Part shown: in pieces, positions 42,873-53,469 of the stretch
Numbering within the stretch: position 1 is the first letter of the stretch
Layout of the letters: each line of letters begins with the position of its first letter
DNA from: Candidatus Spongiisociaceae bacterium
Lineage (GTDB): Bacteria; Actinomycetota; Acidimicrobiia; Spongiisociales; Spongiisociaceae
Assembly: GCA_965262915.1 (NCBI GenBank)
Contig: OZ253564.1
Location: 2,080,001-2,144,000, forward strand
DNA: 64,000 nucleotides
Direction: 5' to 3'
Made by a program: the position numbers and the translations under genes
The notes under the pieces: model-generated
Told to the model about the DNA's origin: nothing
The model's database searches: none
What the model saw: the letters and a program-made list of their open reading frames with translations, nothing else

Positions 42873-44322
42873 TGCAACGGTGAAACTGATCGCCGTATCC
42901 GACTGCGTCAACGGCGAACTGCGAGGTGACGGGGCCGTCGAGGTCTCCGACGTTGCTCACGACAGCCGCGAGGTCCGAAGGGACAGCCTGTTCACTGCTA
43001 TCCGGGGTCTGCGGGCCGATGGGCACGCCCACGTCGAGGAGGCAGCCCACCGGGGCGCGGCGGCGGCGCTGGTGGAGGAGTTCGTACCCGTGCCGATATC
43101 GCAGATAAGGGTGCCCGACACGCGTCGGGCGCTCGGCCCGGCGGCGGCGCTCGTGCACGGCGACCCGTCGCGGGATCTGGATGTGATCGGTGTCACCGGT
43201 ACGAACGGAAAGACCACGGTCACCGCGATGATCGAGTCCATCGCCTCCGCGGCCGCCCGGCCCTTCGGAAGGGTGGGCACCCTCGGAGCCGAGATCCTGG
43301 GCGACCACGAGCCGCTTTCTCGCACCACCCCCGAGGGATCCGACCTGCAACGCCTGCTCCGGAGGATGGCCGGCCGGGGCGTCTCGCTGGTCGCAATGGA
43401 GGTCTCGTCCCATGCCCTGGCTCTCAACCGGGTGGACGGGACATCGTTCGCGGTGGCGGCGTTCACCAACCTATCCCAGGATCATCTCGACTTCCATGAC
43501 GACATGGAGGAGTACTTCACCGCCAAGCAGAGGCTCTTCGACGGGCGCGCATCCATTCACGTGATCGATGTCACCGATCCTGCGGGACGTCGGCTGGCGC
43601 GAACGGCGCCGGGCCGTGTCGTTACTGTCGGTGTCGGCGAGGATCATGATGTTCCTGTCCTCACCGCCGATACAGACCTGCAGGGTTCGCGGTTCACTTG
43701 CCGGCTACGTGGCACAGAGACCACGTTGGTGGTCAGGCCCGGCGGTCTCCATAACGTGCGCAACGCCGCGGTGGCGGCCGCCTGTGCCCTGGAGGTGGGA
43801 ATCGGCACAGGTGACGTAGCGGAGGGTCTTGCGGCGGTCGAGCGGATCCGGGGACGACTCGACCCGGTGGAGGTGGGACAGCCGTTCACTGTTCTGGTCG
43901 ACTACGCCCATACGCCGGAGGCGGTCGAATCGGTGGTGGATACGGCGCTCGACCATTGCGGGGGGTCGGTCATCGTAGTGGTCGGGGCAGCCGGCGAGCG
44001 CGATCCTGCCAAGCGACCCCTCCTGGGCGCCGCCGCAGCCCGGGCCAATCTGGCCGTGATCACCTCGGACAATCCCCGCTCGGAGGATCCGGTCACTCTG
44101 GTCGACGAGGTCATGGCCGGGACCTCGGGCGGTCGGGCTGAGGTGACCGGGGTGGTGGACCGGGCATCGGCCATACAACTGGCCCTTCAACGAGCCCGGC
44201 CGGGCGACGCGGTTCTGATACTCGGAAAGGGGCACGAGCAAGAACAGGATCTGGGTGACGAGGTCGTACCGTTCGACGATTGGACGGTGGCGGCTTCCCA
44301 CCTTCGGGCCAGATGGTCATAG
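42865..44322 (+). CDS. murE: UDP-MurNAc-tripeptide synthetase
   Basis: GTNGKTT, MEVSSH, DYAHTP, DNPR. Confidence 0.95.
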   Translation: MFDATVKLIAVSDCVNGELRGDGAVEVSDVAHDSREVRRDSLFTAIRGLRADGHAHVEEAAHRGAAAALVEEFVPVPISQIRVPDTRRALGPAAALVHGDPSRDLDVIGVTGTNGKTTVTAMIESIASAAARPFGRVGTLGAEILGDHEPLSRTTPEGSDLQRLLRRMAGRGVSLVAMEVSSHALALNRVDGTSFAVAAFTNLSQDHLDFHDDMEEYFTAKQRLFDGRASIHVIDVTDPAGRRLARTAPGRVVTVGVGEDHDVPVLTADTDLQGSRFTCRLRGTETTLVVRPGGLHNVRNAAVAAACALEVGIGTGDVAEGLAAVERIRGRLDPVEVGQPFTVLVDYAHTPEAVESVVDTALDHCGGSVIVVVGAAGERDPAKRPLLGAAAARANLAVITSDNPRSEDPVTLVDEVMAGTSGGRAEVTGVVDRASAIQLALQRARPGDAVLILGKGHEQEQDLGDEVVPFDDWTVAASHLRARWS

Positions 44323-44466
44323 AGGGTGCGCGGATAGGTGCTCAATGGGGAGACACAGCATGCGACAGTTCATGAGAGGACATCGATGAACAGGGGTTTC
44401 CCGAGCAGCGGCCGATCAGGGAGTGATCGCACGGGACGATCGCGCTCCGCCTATCCGCGCACCCTC
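44322..44466. mobile_element. MITE-like 145-bp element with 17-bp perfect TIR
   Basis: GAGGGTGCGCGGATAGG (44322-44338) / CCTATCCGCGCACCCTC (44450-44466). Confidence 0.65.
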
Positions 44467-44509
44467 ATGGCGCTACGCCGGCGGGAGGCCAGATGAGGGA
44501 GGGATCGCC

Positions 44510-45585
44510 GTGATCACCATGCTCTTCGCGGGGAGCGTGGCCTTCGCGGTCGCCATCTTCGGAACGGCGTACGCCATCCGGCTCTTCCGCGCCTGGAACA
44601 TCGGCCAGTTCATCCAGGAGGAACTCGAGGGTCATATGCACAAGCGGGGGACCCCCACCATGGGAGGGATCGTCATCATCCTGGCGGTGGTAGCCGGATA
44701 CGGTGCATCCCATCTCCGGGTCCGGTTGCAGGACGGCGGGATCGAGTGGGCGGCCAGGGAGTTCTACTCCCCCGGGCTGCTGGCCATCGGGGCGATCGTC
44801 GGAATGGGGATCGTCGGTTTTATCGACGACTACCAGAAACTATCCCGCTTCCGCAACCAGGGCCTGGGCATAGCGGCCAAGTTCATCGGCCAGCTGGCGG
44901 TGGCCGGGTTCTTCGCGTGGGGGGCGGTGGCGTCCGGTACTTCCACCGCCATCGGCTTCACCCGCCCGACCTCGTTGGATCTGGGGGCCGGCCTGTTCGC
45001 GGTGTGGGTGCTGCTGATGCTGACCGGATTCGCCAACGCGGTCAATTTCACCGACGGTCTCGACGGGCTGGCGTCGGGATCGACTGCACTGGTCGCCGCC
45101 GCATACATGATCATCGCCTTCTGGATCTTCCGGCACCCCGACTTCTACCAGGTCGAGGGAAGCCTGGCTCTGGCATCGGTGGCATCCGCCATGCTGGGCG
45201 CGACGCTCGGCTTCCTCTGGTGGAACGCGGCCCCCGCCCGGATCATCATGGGCGATGTGGGCTCCCAGGCGCTCGGCGGGGGATGGCAGCCCTCGCCCTC
45301 CTCACCAACACCCACTTGCTGCTGGTGATCATCGGTGGGCTGTACGTGGTCGAGACGGTCTCGGTGATCGTCCAGGTGGCGGGGTTCAGGTGGTTCGGTG
45401 GCCGGAGGGTCTTCCGTATGGCCCCGATACATCATCACTTCGAGATGAAGGACTGGCCGGAGACCACCATCATCACGCGCTTCTGGATACTGGCCGCGAT
45501 CGGAGTCGCGCTGGGACTCGGACTGTTCTACGGTGACTTCCTGGCCGGTGGCGGTGTGGACGGTGTGGCAGGGGGGATCGGATGA
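44510..45585 (+). CDS. mraY: Phospho-MurNAc-pentapeptide transferase (apparent 1-nt deletion near 45280)
   Basis: K.GTPTMGG, GFIDD, NFTDGLDG, MGDVGS; continues in another frame with MAPIHHHFE. Confidence 0.92.
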
Positions 45586-46913
45586 GGGCGCTGGTGTTGG
45601 GCGCCGCGGTGTCGGGCCGAGCGGCCTCGAGGCTCCTGGCGCGCATGGATGTGGACCATGCGGTCTACGACCGGCGTCCCGACGCCCTCCGGCCACTGGC
45701 CTCGTCCGGGGTCGAGACGGTCGGGGGTGAGTGGGATGCGTCCCTTCTCGCGGGGATCGACCTGGTGGTCACCAGTCCGGGATTCAGTCCCTCCTCCGTC
45801 CCGGTGAGGGCGGCCGAGGAGGCAGGGATACCCGTATGGAGCGAAGTGGAACTGGGCCTTCGCAGGCTCGAGTCCCCGGTACTGGCGGTGACCGGTACCA
45901 ACGGGAAGACCACCGTGGTGGAGCAGGCAACCGAGATGCTCCGGGCGTCGGGTATCAGGGCGGTTGCGGCGGGCAACATCGGCTTGGCGGTGAGCGACAT
46001 AGCACTCGATGACTGGGAAGTGGTGGTTCTCGAGGTATCCAGCTTCCAACTGGAACATTGCTATTCCCTGGCGCCCGGGGTGGCGGTTCTCGTCAACGTA
46101 GCTGCCGATCACCTCGATTGGCACGGGTCGTTGGCCGCCTACCGGGCGGCCAAGGCCAGGATCTTCCGGCGCCTGGCCGACGATGCCCTGCTCGTATATG
46201 ACGCCGACGACCCGGGCGCCGCGGCTCTGGCCGCCGGTGCTCCCGGACGCAAGGCACCCGTTGCCGGCTCCAACGGCGTTCCGGGACGGGGTTTCGGGGT
46301 GGGGCCGGAAGGCCTGATGCTTCCCGGTGGAACGATACCCCTGGACCGGATGCCCGTCGTGGACCCCGCGTACCGTGTCAACCTGACGGCGGCGGCGGTG
46401 GCCGCGATGGAGATGGGAGCCCGTCTCGGGCCGGTGGGCCGCGTCGTGGCCGGATTCCGGCATCGGGCCCACCGTCGGAAGGTGGTGGCGGAATGGGACG
46501 GTGTGACCTGGGTCGATGACTCCAAGGCCACCAATCCGCATGCCGCGCTGGCGGCGATTCGCTGGTACCCGTCGGTGGTGTTGATCGCGGGAGGGCGTAA
46601 CAAGGGCCTCGATCTGGCGCCCCTGGCGACCGTTCCCAACGTGCGATTCCTGGTCGCCATCGGCGAATCGGGTCCCGAGTTGTTGAGCCGGGTGGCGGGG
46701 CGTCCCGGCTACCTGGCCGGATCCATGGAGGAGGCGGTCGCCGTGGCCGGTGACCGGGCCGTGGCTGGGGATACCGTTCTGCTGTCGCCGGGTTGTTCCA
46801 GCTTCGACATGTTCAGCTCGTATCAGGAACGGGGAGCCGCGTTCGGTCGCTTGGTTCGGGAGCGCATCCGCGAAGCTCGCGGGGTCGGGAGCGGGAGGGA
46901 GGCTTCCGGATGA
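45582..46913 (+). CDS. murD: UDP-MurNAc-L-Ala:D-Glu ligase
   Basis: GTNGKTT, EVSSFQL, DSKATN, LSPGCSSFDMF. Confidence 0.95.
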   Translation: MRALVLGAAVSGRAASRLLARMDVDHAVYDRRPDALRPLASSGVETVGGEWDASLLAGIDLVVTSPGFSPSSVPVRAAEEAGIPVWSEVELGLRRLESPVLAVTGTNGKTTVVEQATEMLRASGIRAVAAGNIGLAVSDIALDDWEVVVLEVSSFQLEHCYSLAPGVAVLVNVAADHLDWHGSLAAYRAAKARIFRRLADDALLVYDADDPGAAALAAGAPGRKAPVAGSNGVPGRGFGVGPEGLMLPGGTIPLDRMPVVDPAYRVNLTAAAVAAMEMGARLGPVGRVVAGFRHRAHRRKVVAEWDGVTWVDDSKATNPHAALAAIRWYPSVVLIAGGRNKGLDLAPLATVPNVRFLVAIGESGPELLSRVAGRPGYLAGSMEEAVAVAGDRAVAGDTVLLSPGCSSFDMFSSYQERGAAFGRLVRERIREARGVGSGREASG

Positions 46914-48097
46914 CAGCGCGAGTGACCTCCATCACCCACCTGCGGGAGAGGGCACGCCAGCGCGACCAGGTTGCTCTCGCTAGGTCCCGCGTGGTCATCT
47001 TCATACTGGTGCTGGTGGGTCTCCTCCTGGTGGTGGGTCTCGGAGCTACGTTGTCGGCGTCGTCGGTGGAGGGAATACTCGGTCAGTCCGATCGGCTGGC
47101 GGTATTCAAGCGGCAGTCTCGATGGGTGGCGGTCGGGATAGTGGCACTGTTCTTTACGATCCGCACTCCGTACGAGTGGTACCGGCGCGCCGCGGTCTGG
47201 ATACTGGGGATCTCGACCCTCGGCCTGCTCCTGGTTCCGGTGTTCGGGGTAACCCGGGGGGGAGCGCAGCGGTGGCTGCAGGTCGGCTCGGTGACCATGC
47301 AGCCTTCCGAATTCGCCAAGCTGGGCGTCGTGGTGTTCCTGGCATCGTTACTCACGCAGCGAAGGGAGCGCCTGGGGGACTTGCAACACGTGCTGGGTCC
47401 TGTCCTGGCGTCGGTGGGCGTAACGTGTGCGCTGGTAGTCATCCAACCGGATCTCGGTACTGCCATCATCATCGCCGGTGCCGGGGGGGCGCTGGTGCTG
47501 GCTTCCGGCGTTCCCATGAGGTACGTCTTCGCGGGTGGGGCGCTCGCGGGCCTTCTGGCTGCCTTCTCCACCCTTGCCTACTCGTACCGGCGTGAGCGCT
47601 TTGCCTGCTTCCTGGATCCGCTCGCCGACCAACTCGGTAGCTGCTTCCAGCTGGCCCAGAGTCTGATGGCGCTCGGCAGCGGCAACCTAATGGGGGTGGG
47701 TCTGGGCGCGTCGAGGGCTCGGTGGGCCTTCCTTCCCAATGCCCATACCGACTTCATATTCACCATCATCGCCGAGGAAACCGGGTTTGTCGGCGCGATC
47801 GGTCTCCTCATGGCTCTGGCAGGCTTGTCGCTGGCGGGGATATGGATCGCGTACCGGACCACCGACATGTTCGCCCGGTTGCTGGCCAGCGGAATAACGG
47901 CCTGGTTGGGTGTGCAGTCCATCGTCAATGTGGGGGGTGTGGTAGGGGTGATTCCCGTAACCGGGCTGGCTCTTCCCTTCGTCTCGGTCGGGGGTAGCGC
48001 GATGGTGGCTGCCATGGCCGGAGTCGGCATCCTGGTCAACATAGCCCGGACAGCCCCGCATGCATCCGACGAGCGGGAGGAAGGGTCGCCGCGATGA
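46910..48097 (+). CDS. ftsW: SEDS peptidoglycan polymerase
   Basis: QPSEFAK, QPDLGT, AHTDFIF, LPFVS.GGS. Confidence 0.95.
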   Translation: MTARVTSITHLRERARQRDQVALARSRVVIFILVLVGLLLVVGLGATLSASSVEGILGQSDRLAVFKRQSRWVAVGIVALFFTIRTPYEWYRRAAVWILGISTLGLLLVPVFGVTRGGAQRWLQVGSVTMQPSEFAKLGVVVFLASLLTQRRERLGDLQHVLGPVLASVGVTCALVVIQPDLGTAIIIAGAGGALVLASGVPMRYVFAGGALAGLLAAFSTLAYSYRRERFACFLDPLADQLGSCFQLAQSLMALGSGNLMGVGLGASRARWAFLPNAHTDFIFTIIAEETGFVGAIGLLMALAGLSLAGIWIAYRTTDMFARLLASGITAWLGVQSIVNVGGVVGVIPVTGLALPFVSVGGSAMVAAMAGVGILVNIARTAPHASDEREEGSPR

Positions 48098-49179
48098 CCT
48101 ACGCGATAGCCGCGGCCGGCACGGGTGGACACATCTTCCCCGGATTGGCCGTGGCCGAGCAGTTGGTCGCGGCGGGCGTGGACAAGAGCCGGATCCTCTT
48201 TCTCGGCGGTGACCGGATGGAGGCGGATCTCATTCCACGAGAGGGATTCCCATTCGTCCGGCTCGAGCTCCAGGGTCTGGTGCGGCGCCTCTCGGGCCGC
48301 AACCTCCGGCTGCCCATGGTCGTCTGGAGAGCCGCCCGGAGGGCCGAGCGCGAGTTGAGAGCACGGCGGGTAGGTTCCGTGCTCTGCACGGGGGGCTACG
48401 TCACGGTACCGGTGGCGGTGGCCGCCAAGCGTACGGGAGCGGCCCTCTACCTGCACGAGCAGAACGTCGAGGCGGGCTTGGCCAACCGCCTGGCCGGGCG
48501 GTTGGCGGATTGCTCGTTCGTGTCGTTTCCGGGTACCCGCGGGCTGGACGGGGAGGTGGTCGGCTATCCGATGCGAGCTTCCCTGGCCTCCCTCGACACG
48601 TGCTCCACCCGCCCGGCGGCGCTCGAGCGGTACGGGTTGTCCCATGACCGCCCCACGATCGGGGTCATGGGAGGAAGTCTGGGGGCGAGTGCGATCAACG
48701 GGGCCGTGACCCGGCTCTCCGCCGGTTGGGAGGGCGATCCCGTGCAAATCGTCCATCTGGTTGGCGCCTCCCATCGGAACAGAGTATCGGTGGAGGTGGA
48801 TGCGTCGTCGGTGACCAGGGTGGTGGTGGGGTTCGAGGACCGGATGGACATGTTCTACTCGGCTTGCGATCTGGTGGTCGCCCGAGCAGGAGGTGGCCTC
48901 ATGGAGGCTGCCGCCACCGCTACCCCGACGGTCCTGGTTCCGGGTTCATTCGGAGGTCGTCACCAGCTGGGCAACGCAGAGGCGATGGTGGAGGCCGGGG
49001 CGGCTCTGGTTCTTCAGGAATCCGACCTGGGTTCACTGGGGGAGGTGTTGACCGGTCTCCTGGCCGACGTGGAGCGTCGGCAGCGGATGGGCACTGCCGC
49101 CTTGTCGGCCGTGAAGCCGGGCGCGGCGGCCAAGATTGCTTCCGCGATGCTGGAGAGCACCTATGCGGGTTCTCGATGA
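48094..49179 (+). CDS. murG: Lipid II GlcNAc transferase
   Basis: GTGGHIFP, HEQN, GGSLGA. Confidence 0.95.
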   Translation: MTYAIAAAGTGGHIFPGLAVAEQLVAAGVDKSRILFLGGDRMEADLIPREGFPFVRLELQGLVRRLSGRNLRLPMVVWRAARRAERELRARRVGSVLCTGGYVTVPVAVAAKRTGAALYLHEQNVEAGLANRLAGRLADCSFVSFPGTRGLDGEVVGYPMRASLASLDTCSTRPAALERYGLSHDRPTIGVMGGSLGASAINGAVTRLSAGWEGDPVQIVHLVGASHRNRVSVEVDASSVTRVVVGFEDRMDMFYSACDLVVARAGGGLMEAAATATPTVLVPGSFGGRHQLGNAEAMVEAGAALVLQESDLGSLGEVLTGLLADVERRQRMGTAALSAVKPGAAAKIASAMLESTYAGSR

Positions 49180-50527
49180 GCCGGGCCGTATCCATGTAGT
49201 CGGGGCCGGCGGAGCGGGCATGGGTCCGCTGGCCAAACTACTGGCGGCCATGGGACACGCGGTATCGGGTTCCGATCTGCATTCCGGTCCAGGACTTGCC
49301 GGCTTGGAGAGGCACGGTATCGAGACATGGGAAGGTAGCCGGCCGGCCCGGATGGCCGCCTGTGACCTGGTGGTGACCTCCTCGGCGGTTCCCGCCGGTG
49401 ACCCCGAGCTGGTGGGGGCGGCCCGAGCCGGTGTGACCGTGTGGAAGCGGCCCCGGCTGCTGGAGGAGATAACCGCCCGCACGCCCACCATCGGCGCCAC
49501 CGGCACCCATGGGAAGACGACTTCGACCGCCCTGGCGATAGCCGCAACCAGAACTCTCGGTCTCGATCCTTCTTTCATCGTGGGCGGCGACCTCGTGGAT
49601 CCGCCCACCAACGCCCATCTGGGGACCGACGACCTGCTGGTGCTCGAGGCGGACGAAGCGTTCGGAACCTTCATCCGCCTGACGTACCGTGCTCTGCTGG
49701 TTACGAACGTGGATACCGACCATCTGGATCACTACGGCAGCCGGGAACTCCTCGATCGGGCCTTCGCGGATGTGGTCGAGAGAGTGGAAGGTCCTGTGGT
49801 GGTGGGTATGGACGATCCGGGTGGGCAGGAGTTGGCCCGACGGACCGGGCGTCCCGGATACGGAACGTCGGACGAGGCGGACTGGCGGATTCTCGATGTG
49901 GTTCCCGGTCCCGGGAAGGTGTCTTTCCGGCTCGGTGGAAGGTTCCGTCCCACCGAGGTCACGGTGGGACGTCCGGGCTTGCATACGGCCCGCAACGCCT
50001 GCGGCGTGCTCGCCTTGCTCGCCGAACTGGGATACGACCCTGCCGAGGCGGCCCGGGGACTGGTGTCCTTCGGAGGTGTCAGGCGGAGGCTCGAACGCAG
50101 AGCGACGGTGGCGGGCGTGACCATCATCGACAGCTACGCCCACCACCCGGCGGAGGTTGCCGCCGATCTCGAGGCTCTGGCGCCGAGCGATCGGAACGAG
50201 CTATGGGTGGTTTTCCAGCCCCACCTCTATTCACGGACGCATGCGCTGGCGACCGAGTTCGGCTCGGCTCTGGCCGTCGGCGACCGGGTGGTGGTCACCG
50301 ATGTGTACGGGGCGCGCGAGGCGCCGGTCCCGGGGATCACCGGTGCGCTGGTGGCGGACGCCGCAAGCCTTCACGGAGCGACCGTGGACTACGTTCCGCA
50401 TCTCGGTGACGTGGCCTCCTTCCTAGCCGATCGGGTCGGGCCTGGAGATATGGTCCTGACGCTCGGCGCCGGCGACATCACAACGTTGCCGGACAGCCTG
50501 GCGAGTCTCCTCAGCGAGCGTGCATGA
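49163..50527 (+). CDS. murC: UDP-MurNAc:L-Ala ligase
   Basis: GAGGAGM, GTHGKTT, EADE, YAHHP, FQPH. Confidence 0.95.
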   Translation: MRVLDEPGRIHVVGAGGAGMGPLAKLLAAMGHAVSGSDLHSGPGLAGLERHGIETWEGSRPARMAACDLVVTSSAVPAGDPELVGAARAGVTVWKRPRLLEEITARTPTIGATGTHGKTTSTALAIAATRTLGLDPSFIVGGDLVDPPTNAHLGTDDLLVLEADEAFGTFIRLTYRALLVTNVDTDHLDHYGSRELLDRAFADVVERVEGPVVVGMDDPGGQELARRTGRPGYGTSDEADWRILDVVPGPGKVSFRLGGRFRPTEVTVGRPGLHTARNACGVLALLAELGYDPAEAARGLVSFGGVRRRLERRATVAGVTIIDSYAHHPAEVAADLEALAPSDRNELWVVFQPHLYSRTHALATEFGSALAVGDRVVVTDVYGAREAPVPGITGALVADAASLHGATVDYVPHLGDVASFLADRVGPGDMVLTLGAGDITTLPDSLASLLSERA

Positions 50528-51465
50528 CCAGGTGGAAGGCCCTTCGCGTCGGCGGGTACATCACCACCGGCGTCGATATGGGGAACCTCACCACTTACAA
50601 GCTCGGAGGGCCGGCGCGCTGGTTCTGCGAGGCCCGTTCGACCGAGATGGTTCGAGACGTGGTGAGGGCGGCTCGCGGACGAGGGGTAGACATCCTGGTC
50701 CTGGGGAGGGGGAGCAACCTGGTGATCTCGGATGCGGGTTTTTCGGGTCTCGTGATTCGTCTTGGAGGGCGATTCAGGGATGTGGACATCGATCGCCGGG
50801 CCGGGGTCGTGACCGCGGGGGCGGCGGTGGCGCTCCCGCTCCTGGCCCGCCGGACAGTGAGTGAGGGGCTCAGTGGACTGGAGTTCTATGTCGGTATTCC
50901 CGGTTCGATCGGAGGAGCGGTGGCGATGAACGCCGGGTTCTACGGCACCGAGACCGCCGATGTTCTCGTCTCCGCATCCATCCTGGACATCGGGTCCGGA
51001 TCGGTCGCCGATCGGGGAGCGGCCGATCTCGGATTCGGCTACCGCACCAGCAACGTCACGGATCGAGACCTGGTGCTCGGGGCGTCATTCTCGGTCGAGC
51101 CCGGCGAGGTCGACCGGATGTCGGCCCTCATGCGGGAAGCCATCCGGTGGCGGCGAGACAACCAGCCGGGCGGGACCCTCAACGCCGGAAGCGTATTCCG
51201 CAATCCTCCCGGTGACGCCGCGGGGCGCATCATCGACTCACTCGGTCTCAAGGGCATGCGGCGGGGAGGGGCCCATGTCTCGGTCCGCCATGCCAACTTC
51301 TTCGTCGCCGATCCGGGCGCGACTGCCCAGGATGTCCACGACCTGGTCGATGCGGTACGGGCGCGGGTCCGGGATGAGACCGGGATCCTGCTGGAACCGG
51401 AAGTGAGGTTCGCAGGGCGATTCCGCTCCGGTCCCGCCGGCGGGCGTGATAGGGCTCAACCGTGA
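50524..51465 (+). CDS. murB: UDP-GlcNAc-enolpyruvate reductase
   Basis: LGRGSN, GIPGSIGG..MNAG, AGSVFRNP, HANF. Confidence 0.95.
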   Translation: MTRWKALRVGGYITTGVDMGNLTTYKLGGPARWFCEARSTEMVRDVVRAARGRGVDILVLGRGSNLVISDAGFSGLVIRLGGRFRDVDIDRRAGVVTAGAAVALPLLARRTVSEGLSGLEFYVGIPGSIGGAVAMNAGFYGTETADVLVSASILDIGSGSVADRGAADLGFGYRTSNVTDRDLVLGASFSVEPGEVDRMSALMREAIRWRRDNQPGGTLNAGSVFRNPPGDAAGRIIDSLGLKGMRRGGAHVSVRHANFFVADPGATAQDVHDLVDAVRARVRDETGILLEPEVRFAGRFRSGPAGGRDRAQP

Positions 51466-52238
51466 GGGTCGACCCCCGGATTCTCCTGCGACGTCGGCAG
51501 GTAGCCGAGCAGCTGGCCAGATCGCGGGTGCGGCGGTCGCTGGTGGTGCTGGTGGCGCTGGCGGGCGTGGGAGGGGTCGCCTGGTTCCTGACCTCCTCCC
51601 TCGTGAGCGTTCGCAGTGTGGTGGTGGAGGGAGCGAATAACGCGGAGGTGGATGTGATCCTGGCCCGCCACAAGGTTGTCGACGGTAGACCGATGGTGAT
51701 GATCCGGGTCGAGCCGGTGGAGGAGGGACTGATGGCAGATCCGTGGATCCGGTCGGCCTCCGTCAAGTTGGTGTTCCCCACGGAGGTCGAGGTCTACGTG
51801 CAGGAACGGGTAGCCGTGGCCTGGATATGGTTGGAAGACCGATGGGGCTTGCTGGCCGACGATGGGGTGGTGATCGATTATGCCGGCACCCCGACGCCCA
51901 TCCGATCCTTGATCCGGGCCCCCAGCGACGATCCGGGTATCGGGGGCTCGGTGGGCAGCGAGGAGGTTCTCGGTGCACTGCGATTCCTCGATGCCCTTCC
52001 CGACGATCTGTCGGAGCGGAGCATCGTGAACGTCGTCGACGGTGAGCTTTGGGTCTCGGTGGGATTCAGGACGGTCCGTCTCGGTTTCCCGGTCGAGATG
52101 GAGTCCAAGGCCGCTTCGCTGGTAGCCGTTCTGGACTCCGCTCCCGACGGTGTGATCGATGTGACCGCGCCCGCTCGTCCGGCTATCCGGACCTGGGATA
52201 CGATCGGAGCCTCGGTGAAGGACAGAATCGACCTTTAG
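51462..52238 (+). CDS. ftsQ: Cell division protein FtsQ/DivIB
   Basis: TM segment plus POTRA-like region; directly before ftsZ. Confidence 0.88.
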   Translation: MRVDPRILLRRRQVAEQLARSRVRRSLVVLVALAGVGGVAWFLTSSLVSVRSVVVEGANNAEVDVILARHKVVDGRPMVMIRVEPVEEGLMADPWIRSASVKLVFPTEVEVYVQERVAVAWIWLEDRWGLLADDGVVIDYAGTPTPIRSLIRAPSDDPGIGGSVGSEEVLGALRFLDALPDDLSERSIVNVVDGELWVSVGFRTVRLGFPVEMESKAASLVAVLDSAPDGVIDVTAPARPAIRTWDTIGASVKDRIDL

Positions 52239-52367
52239 CTTTAACAAGAGGCAAAGATTAATCTAGAAGGTGAACCAAATAGGATGGCGTAAGCTTGAGG
52301 GCTACATGACCCCGGCGACTGTTCGGGGTAGAGGCTCGCATAGGCTGAACCGGGAGGACGAACGCGC

Positions 52368-53447
52368 ATGGCCGTTACAAATGTCGGCGGGTTGCACACC
52401 TACGTAGCGGTTATCAAGGTGGTGGGGGTTGGCGGTGGCGGGATGAACGCCGTCAACCGGATGGTCGAAGCCGGTATCCGTGGAGTCGAGTTCATCGCGG
52501 TCAATACCGATGCCCAGGCGCTGCTGATGTCGGATGCCGACATCAAGCTGGATATCGGTCGCGAGGTGACCCGGGGGCTCGGCGCGGGCGCCAACCCTGA
52601 AGTCGGGAAGGCCGCCGCCGAGGCACACAGGGAGGAACTCGAAGATGTGTTGACGGGTTCGGACCTGGTTTTCGTCACGGTCGGGGAGGGAGGCGGAACC
52701 GGCACCGGTGGCGCCCCGGTGGTGGCGCAGGTAGCCCGTAACCTCGGTGCTCTGACGGTCGGCGTGGTGACCCGCCCGTTCGGCTTCGAGGGGCAACGTC
52801 GCTCCGTCCAAGCCGAGCAGGGAATCGCAGAACTACGGGAGGCGGTGGACGCCTTGATCGTGATCCCCAACGACAACCTGCTGGCGGTGGCCGATCGGTC
52901 GATGTCGATGGTGGACGCTTTCACGCTGGCGGACGAGGTACTGAGGGATGGGGTGACGGGAATCACCGAGATCATCACCAACCCCGGTCTGATCAATGTG
53001 GACTTCGCCGATGTCAAGACCGTGCTGGGCGACGCGGGTACCGCGGTTCTCGGGATAGGGCGGGCATCGGGGGACAGCCGGGCGGCCCAGGCGGCTGAGC
53101 GGGCTATGGCCAGTCCTCTGCTCGAGTCCTCGATGGAGGGAGCGACCGGGGTACTGCTATCTATCTCGGGTCCGCCCGATCTGACCTTGTACGAGGTGAA
53201 CGAAGCTGCGTCCAGCGTCCAGGCACACTGCGAGCCGGACGCCCAGATCATCTTCGGGGCAACGCCGGACGAAACCGTGGGGGAGGAGTTCCGGGTAACG
53301 ATCATCGCCGCGGGCGTCGATCGGTCGCGGCGGGCGCCCCGGCCTGCGGACCCCACGATCCGGTCGCGTCCCCGTCTCGCATCCGAGCGGATCCTTCCCA
53401 TCCCCGAGGACGATCCCTTCGACATCCCTGGCTTCGTCGAAGGATGA
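52368..53447 (+). CDS. ftsZ: Cell division protein FtsZ
   Basis: GGGTGTG, INVDFAD, C-terminal DIPGF. Confidence 0.98.
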   Translation: MAVTNVGGLHTYVAVIKVVGVGGGGMNAVNRMVEAGIRGVEFIAVNTDAQALLMSDADIKLDIGREVTRGLGAGANPEVGKAAAEAHREELEDVLTGSDLVFVTVGEGGGTGTGGAPVVAQVARNLGALTVGVVTRPFGFEGQRRSVQAEQGIAELREAVDALIVIPNDNLLAVADRSMSMVDAFTLADEVLRDGVTGITEIITNPGLINVDFADVKTVLGDAGTAVLGIGRASGDSRAAQAAERAMASPLLESSMEGATGVLLSISGPPDLTLYEVNEAASSVQAHCEPDAQIIFGATPDETVGEEFRVTIIAAGVDRSRRAPRPADPTIRSRPRLASERILPIPEDDPFDIPGFVEG

Positions 53448-53469
53448 CCCGGCACTCTCCACGGGAACC

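Noticed and set aside
52239-52367. Missing ftsA and AT-rich ftsQ-ftsZ spacer
   Set aside because: Actinobacteria normally lack ftsA and use SepF; the spacer is probably ftsZ promoter DNA, but no confident -35/-10 pair could be assigned.
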